A DNA stretch of 12,705 nucleotides, from the NCBI GenBank assembly GCA_046758705.1, contig JBHIAT010000106.1:1-12705 (forward strand), written 5' to 3'. Of this stretch, positions 7,835 through 12,705 are shown piece by piece. The notes beneath the pieces were generated by a model. The model did not search any database. It saw only the letters and a program-made list of their open reading frames with translations, and was not told the DNA's origin. Made by a program: the position numbers and the translations under genes. Each line of letters begins with the position of its first letter. Position 1 is the stretch's first letter. This DNA comes from Candidatus Bipolaricaulia bacterium. GTDB taxonomy: Bacteria; Bipolaricaulota; Bipolaricaulia; JBHIAT01.

Positions 7835-9352
7835 TTAGGGCAGTTGCAGGTGCGTGCAGACGGTTCCGTCTCCGTTGGTGTCGGTGAGCGTCTGGCCCGG
7901 GGTGACCGCCGCAATCGCCAGATCGACACCTGGGTGCGCACAGCTGCCGTCGGCTTGATCATCGTGAAGGGTTGCTCGGGTTCCAGCTGGCCAGTCTAGC
8001 AAATCCAAGACGGTTCGTTGAGCTTCGGCTGCGGCGTCGGCTGGATTGGTGTTGTCAAACTGCACCTGTTGGATCATGTCGGTGATGGCTGCACCGACTT
8101 GAGGCCAGGTAGGAAAGCTCGGGCGACCGAAGGCGTTGGGTTGAAGTTTTTTGATTTCGGACCATCGATCAACGTTCCCCTCATTCCAGACCGCCCGGAA
8201 TTGGCTTTCGAGATTCTGGGCAAAGTCGGCCCGCGTGGGCAGGAAGCCGAACTGCACCGTCATCTTACCTAGGGTCTCCTCGCGCAACATCACCTTGACG
8301 AACTCCCAAGCGATATCAGGGTTACGAGACGTGGTCGCGATACCCAACGTCCAACCACCGGCCATCGTCGCCGTGGCCACCCCCGGCGCAGGAACCGGGA
8401 ACGCACCCAGCAACCCGACGTTGCTCAGATCTACGCCGGCGTTCTTCAACCGGCCTAACACCCAGGTGCCACCTAACCAGGTCGCCCAGCGACGGCTGAC
8501 GAACGCCGGACCGAACTGGTGCTCGGTAAAGGGGTCGATGCCCGCGTCCACTTGAGCGCGGGTGAATGCCAGCGCCGTCTTCCATTCTACCGTGTCGAAG
8601 GTGGGCACCCAAGCCTCCTCGGCACCGAACCGTCGGGCCACGTCGGCATTCACGTCAACGCCGATGTCCCCGCCCTGCATCCACACGTAGGGCAATGTCC
8701 AGTCGGCGATCCACGGCTGGCCGATGAGCAAGCATCCTTCAATGCGTCGACCTGCCAGCGTTTCGTCGAGTCTCTGACAGCTATCGATGTAATCACCCCA
8801 GGTGAGCATGTCGGTGGCAGGGTTCACCCCAGCCTGTGCCACCAGATCCTTCCAGTACCAGAGCAATCGGGCGTCCGTCCACGCCCAGATCGCATGCCAG
8901 CGGCCACCGACCTGAGTCGCCGCTCCGTTTGGACCAAACCATGCGTTCAGGTTTCTGAGGCCGGGATCGTTCGCATCCCCTTGCGCGATGCGGTCCGTCA
9001 GATCCGCTGCGAAGCCTGCCGCCGCGAACTCGCCCACCTCCGGCTGGTCAAAGGAAACAATATCCACCGGAGTCCTCGCCGCTGCCGCTGCCCGTTGTTT
9101 CGTCAGCCGCTCACCGAACGGCGTAATGTCCGCCTGAATGTCCAGATCAATATCCGGGTTCTCCGCTTCGAACACCTTCTCCGCCTCAGGGAGCAAGAAC
9201 TCCCAGCGTTCTGCGGGCGCAGCCAGGATCAACCTGAGGGTGATCCGCTGTTTCTGCTGGGCTGTGGTGATCGCTGTAACGGCCACCAGTGCGCCGATCA
9301 GCAAAACACCGACCAACACCCATGACGTGTACCAACGCCATCTGTTTTTCAT
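7835..9352 (-). CDS. Extracellular solute-binding protein, family 1 (sugar-type), 505 aa with C-terminal extension
   Basis: Signal peptide; DARLLWYWKDL, ATMAGGWTLGI, AWEFVK and RPSFPTWPQV are typical of CUT1 SBPs. SD AGAAGGAGG at 9361-9369. Adjacent to two permeases. Confidence 0.92.
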   Translation of the reverse strand: MKNRWRWYTSWVLVGVLLIGALVAVTAITTAQQKQRITLRLILAAPAERWEFLLPEAEKVFEAENPDIDLDIQADITPFGERLTKQRAAAAARTPVDIVSFDQPEVGEFAAAGFAADLTDRIAQGDANDPGLRNLNAWFGPNGAATQVGGRWHAIWAWTDARLLWYWKDLVAQAGVNPATDMLTWGDYIDSCQRLDETLAGRRIEGCLLIGQPWIADWTLPYVWMQGGDIGVDVNADVARRFGAEEAWVPTFDTVEWKTALAFTRAQVDAGIDPFTEHQFGPAFVSRRWATWLGGTWVLGRLKNAGVDLSNVGLLGAFPVPAPGVATATMAGGWTLGIATTSRNPDIAWEFVKVMLREETLGKMTVQFGFLPTRADFAQNLESQFRAVWNEGNVDRWSEIKKLQPNAFGRPSFPTWPQVGAAITDMIQQVQFDNTNPADAAAEAQRTVLDLLDWPAGTRATLHDDQADGSCAHPGVDLAIAAVTPGQTLTDTNGDGTVCTHLQLP

Positions 9353-9449
9353 CCTATAGACCTCCTTCTTGTTGCTGAGATCTCAGACGGGATATGCAAG
9401 GCCCGCCTGTGACGAGCTGATAGAACTACTTCACCTCCTTTCCAGAAAA

Positions 9450-9494
9450 GTTATTATTATGATTACAATATTATTAATGCTTTGGCCTTGTCAA
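9450..9494 (-). promoter_or_regulatory. Probable promoter of the SBP operon with an AT-rich operator-like tract
   Basis: Minus strand TTGACA (9494-9489), 18-nt spacer, TATTGT (9470-9465), followed by AATCATAATAATAAC in otherwise GC-rich DNA. Confidence 0.6.
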
Positions 9495-9514
9495 AACTTG
9501 AATCTCACTAAAGG

Positions 9515-10723
9515 TCAGGGCAGGGAAACGTCGCTCAACTGTTCCAGACTCGCTAGGTAATCCATTAGAAACATAAAACCCCTGATGTGATGGGTCGCCT
9601 GATCTCCGGATACGGTGTAATCATAATAGGGCATCCAGGACCAAAAACCCCATCTCACTCTGGGATCGTCACGGTACGGATGATCGCCTTCTGGAGTGAT
9701 TTGCGTTGAGAGCGAGTATTGAAACGCTTTAATCGCCGCATCCAGATAGCGTTTGTCACCGGTGTTCTTGTGGACTCTGAGTAGGGCGATTCCAATGTTA
9801 GGCACATCTCCGGGTCCAACGATCGAACAGACTATGTTTCCATCCTCATCTATATTGATCGGCCATGATCCATCTTCGGATTGCAGCTGGATGTGCCAAT
9901 CGGCAAATCGCCGTGCTGCCCTCAGAAACCGTTCCTCCCCGGTCTCCTCAAAGAGAAAGGCCAGAGCGCGAAGCGGATCGGCAGCCAGATCGCTGTTATA
10001 GTACTCCCCATGGATCAGATAGAAGCAGCCATCCTCCGCTTGTAGATCGAGGGCGTACTCGCCGTAGGCGATGGCGTGGTCCCGCCAGTTAGCCTCGCCC
10101 GTCACTTCATAGAGATCGAGAAACGCTTCGATCGTTCGGCCAAACGCTTGCCAGCCTCGGGTACTCCAGGTTTCACTCAGATGGAGCTTGGTCGCATAAT
10201 CATGGCGGGCCGCTTGGATGAGGAATCGGCCGCTTTGGATGGCGCGGTCCAGAAATCGCCTATCTTCAGGGTACGTGCGTTTGTATAAGCCGAGGTTCAG
10301 TATCACATACTCCGCTGAGTACTTCGTCCAGGCCGCCTGGGACTCCAGCTGCTGCACACCCCCGATACCCAAGCTCATCGGGTGGGTCAGGACCAAGGAA
10401 CTGTGATGAAGCCATTCAGCGGCACGAACGGCTTTGTGCAACAACGGCTCATCCCCGTAGTGATCGTAACCCACCATCAACTGCCAGGGGGCGATGAGAT
10501 TGACCAACTGAGGTGGTTCAAAGCGCTGGTTCCGTGCATCATAGTAACCATAGAAGGCACCATCCTCCTCGGAAAAGTGCTGGGGGAGCCACTCGTAGAC
10601 GTTTCGCTTGCAGCGTAGTTCCAACTCCTCCAGGGATACCCCACAGCGTTGCTGGATGATCTCGAATTTCTCTGGACTCGCCGGTTGAAGGTTCCAATCT
10701 TGAGGTGAGATGGGTGCATACAA
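9515..10723 (-). CDS. Uncharacterised (alpha/alpha)6-barrel (six-hairpin glycosidase-like) protein, 402 aa
   Basis: Repeated helical-hairpin motifs (YGDEPLLHKAVRAAEWL, TGEANWRDHAIAYGEYALDLQAEDGCF, TGEERFLRAARRFADWHIQLQSEDGSW, TGDKRYLDAAIKAFQY). TTG start, no signal peptide. Confidence 0.72.
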   Translation of the reverse strand: MYAPISPQDWNLQPASPEKFEIIQQRCGVSLEELELRCKRNVYEWLPQHFSEEDGAFYGYYDARNQRFEPPQLVNLIAPWQLMVGYDHYGDEPLLHKAVRAAEWLHHSSLVLTHPMSLGIGGVQQLESQAAWTKYSAEYVILNLGLYKRTYPEDRRFLDRAIQSGRFLIQAARHDYATKLHLSETWSTRGWQAFGRTIEAFLDLYEVTGEANWRDHAIAYGEYALDLQAEDGCFYLIHGEYYNSDLAADPLRALAFLFEETGEERFLRAARRFADWHIQLQSEDGSWPINIDEDGNIVCSIVGPGDVPNIGIALLRVHKNTGDKRYLDAAIKAFQYSLSTQITPEGDHPYRDDPRVRWGFWSWMPYYDYTVSGDQATHHIRGFMFLMDYLASLEQLSDVSLP

Positions 10724-10742
10724 TGTGATCTTTTCCCTTCAC

Positions 10743-11738
10743 TTACTTACCATCAGCGGGTGGGTAAAGAAAGCAGGCGACTTCCTGGGCGTTTGTTTTC
10801 TCAAGAGGTGGCGTGTTGTGTTGACATTTATCCATGACGTGGCTGCACCGGTTGTAAAATATGCACCCTCCCTCCGTCCCGGCTTCTCGTAGTTTGTGCA
10901 GGCCGATCTTTTCTGCTACGAGTTGCTCTTCCCACCTTTTGTTGGGATCCGGAGTGGGTATGGAGCTGATCAGATCTTGCGTATAAGGGTGAAGCGGTTT
11001 TCTGATGATGGACTCGGTCGCTCCCTGTTCGACGACCTGTCCAGTGCAAAGAATCACGATGCGATCTGCAATGAAATACGCGATGTTCAAGTCATGGGTT
11101 ACATACAGGCAGCTCATGCCCAACTTTTTGAACTCTTTGAGATGATTTAAAAACATCGCCCGCAACGACGCATCGAGCATCGATACCGGCTCATCGGCGA
11201 CGATGAGGTTGGGTCTGAGCATGTAGATCCTCGCCAACATGAATCTCTGCCGCTCACCACCGCTGAGCTGGTGTGGATACCGGCCCAGGAGTTCCTGATG
11301 TCTGAGCCCCACGGCCTCCAGACTGTCTTCGATCAGATGGTGGGCTTCGTCATCCGTGGAGGCGAGCTTGAATTTTTTGATCACCGACCAGAATACCCGG
11401 TCCACCCGATAAAACGGGTTATAGGTGCCGTAGGGATCTTGAAATATGATTTGAACCTCTTGCTTATACCGCTTCCGATCTTTTTTAAGCCAATGCGCGA
11501 CATCGATCCCTTTGTACAGTATTTGCCCCGAGGTTGGCTCTTCAAGACCCAGGATAATTCGGGCCATGGTGGTTTTCCCGCTGCCGCTTTCACCCACCAG
11601 AGCGACGATTTGAGGTTCTTCAGGCAGGGTGAGAGACACCTCATCAAGTGCCTTGATGGTTTTCTCCTTCACCAGTCCTAAGCCGGCCCGTCTGAAGATC
11701 TTCGTTACTTTTTCGAACTCAAGCAACTGTTCAGCCAT
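10743..11738 (-). CDS. Oligopeptide/dipeptide-type ABC ATPase (OppF/AppF-like)
   Basis: Walker A GESGSGKT, YPHQLSGGERQR, Walker B IVADEP, C-terminal HPYT...C...RC...C...VAC domain. Confidence 0.95.
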   Translation of the reverse strand: MAEQLLEFEKVTKIFRRAGLGLVKEKTIKALDEVSLTLPEEPQIVALVGESGSGKTTMARIILGLEEPTSGQILYKGIDVAHWLKKDRKRYKQEVQIIFQDPYGTYNPFYRVDRVFWSVIKKFKLASTDDEAHHLIEDSLEAVGLRHQELLGRYPHQLSGGERQRFMLARIYMLRPNLIVADEPVSMLDASLRAMFLNHLKEFKKLGMSCLYVTHDLNIAYFIADRIVILCTGQVVEQGATESIIRKPLHPYTQDLISSIPTPDPNKRWEEQLVAEKIGLHKLREAGTEGGCIFYNRCSHVMDKCQHNTPPLEKTNAQEVACFLYPPADGK

Positions 11739-12704
11739 TTAACTTTCGACCACCGTTCTCATATAGGTAGGATGGCATGCGACATGACGTCCCGATTTCA
11801 CTTGTTGTAGAACCGGCACCTCTTCACTGCAGATATCCATTCGATACGGGCATCTGGGGTGAAACCGACAACCTGAAGGCTGATTCAACGGAGACGGGGC
11901 AAGACCGGGGATGCTTTTCGCGTGTCTATCCTCCAGCGATGGGACGGCCTCCAGCAACGCCTGGGTATAGGGATGGAGCGGTTCTTTGAAGATATCATCG
12001 ACCGGGCCGATCTCGATCAGCTTGCCCGCATACATGACGCAGATTCGATCCACGATCTCCGCGTGACAGGCCATATCGTGAGCGACCATGAGAATCGTGA
12101 TGCCAAAATTTTTCCTTAAGTCAGCGATGGTTTGCAGGTTCAACCGTTGCATGATCACGTCCAAAGCGGTGATCGGTTCATCGGCCAGGATCATGGTCGG
12201 TTTTAACGAGGTGCTCATCCCGATGCTGGCCCGTTGTCTCATGCCCCCGCTCAGCTCGTGAGGGTACATCTCAGCCACCTCTACAGGCATGCCGACGGCG
12301 TTGAGCGCGGCTGCAGCCATCTTCTTGGCCTGTTCGCGACTTGCAGCTGAGTGTGTTCTGATGCCGTCCACGATCTGCTCCTCGATTTTCAAAACCGGAT
12401 TTAACGCGTTCATAGAGCCTTGGGGAATGTAAGACAGCTCTTTCCACCTGATTTTACGAAGCTCTTTCTCCTTTAAGCCCAGTAGATCCACACCCTTGAA
12501 CAGAACTTTTCCACTGTTGATGTAGCCGGGGGGTTTGATGAGCCTGAGGATCGCCTCAACCAGCGTCGACTTTCCACATCCGGACTCTCCAGCGATCCCC
12601 AGTATCTCTTTTTCATAGACTTTAAACGATACCCCGTCGACCGATTTGGCGTCTCCGTAGATCGTGTCGAAGTAGACCCTGAGATCCTCAACCTCAAGGA
12701 TCGG
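11739..12704 (-). CDS. Oligopeptide/dipeptide-type ABC ATPase (OppD/AppD-like), 5' end beyond the window
   Basis: The frame stays open upstream of 12491 to the window edge: PILEVEDLRVYF...GIAGESGCGKST (Walker A), then YPHELSGGMRQR, LADEP, GCRFHPRC. Its TAA abuts the next ATG. Confidence 0.95.
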   Translation of the reverse strand, partial: PILEVEDLRVYFDTIYGDAKSVDGVSFKVYEKEILGIAGESGCGKSTLVEAILRLIKPPGYINSGKVLFKGVDLLGLKEKELRKIRWKELSYIPQGSMNALNPVLKIEEQIVDGIRTHSAASREQAKKMAAAALNAVGMPVEVAEMYPHELSGGMRQRASIGMSTSLKPTMILADEPITALDVIMQRLNLQTIADLRKNFGITILMVAHDMACHAEIVDRICVMYAGKLIEIGPVDDIFKEPLHPYTQALLEAVPSLEDRHAKSIPGLAPSPLNQPSGCRFHPRCPYRMDICSEEVPVLQQVKSGRHVACHPTYMRTVVES

Positions 12705-12705
12705 T

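Noticed and set aside
8519-9325. 268-aa plus-strand ORF and the other antisense ORFs over the operons
   Set aside because: Shadow ORFs of GC-rich genes with no recognisable motifs.
12473-12697. 74-aa ORF suggesting a frameshift in the OppD-like gene
   Set aside because: The OppD frame is open without interruption to the window edge and contains Walker A.

Overview
Bacterial window, almost entirely minus-strand, with three parts. (1) 9515-12705 is the end of an Opp/Dpp-type ABC operon: two ATPases (the first runs off the window end) and a cytoplasmic (alpha/alpha)6-barrel protein of unknown function. (2) 1870-9352 is a separately promoted, tightly coupled 7-gene operon: carbohydrate-type (CUT1) solute-binding protein, two permeases, a beta-propeller protein with Ca-binding-like repeats, a nitrilase-family amidohydrolase, a mannosylglycerate-synthase-like glycosyltransferase split by a 1-nt frameshift, and an acetamidase/formamidase. 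(3) 189-1763 is an accessory patch with a hicB-hicA toxin-antitoxin pair and a 5'-truncated hypothetical gene. The best finding lies here: a 343-bp protein-free IS200/IS605-family mini-element (961-1303). Both ends obey the TnpA guide/cleavage-site rule (AAAA->TTAT, GAAG->TCAC). It carries a near-consensus internal promoter pointing at a TnpB omegaRNA-like scaffold whose guide would come from the interrupted gene. Precise excision rejoins that gene's frame (DEII-YDS). All family calls are from motif recognition; no database search was run.
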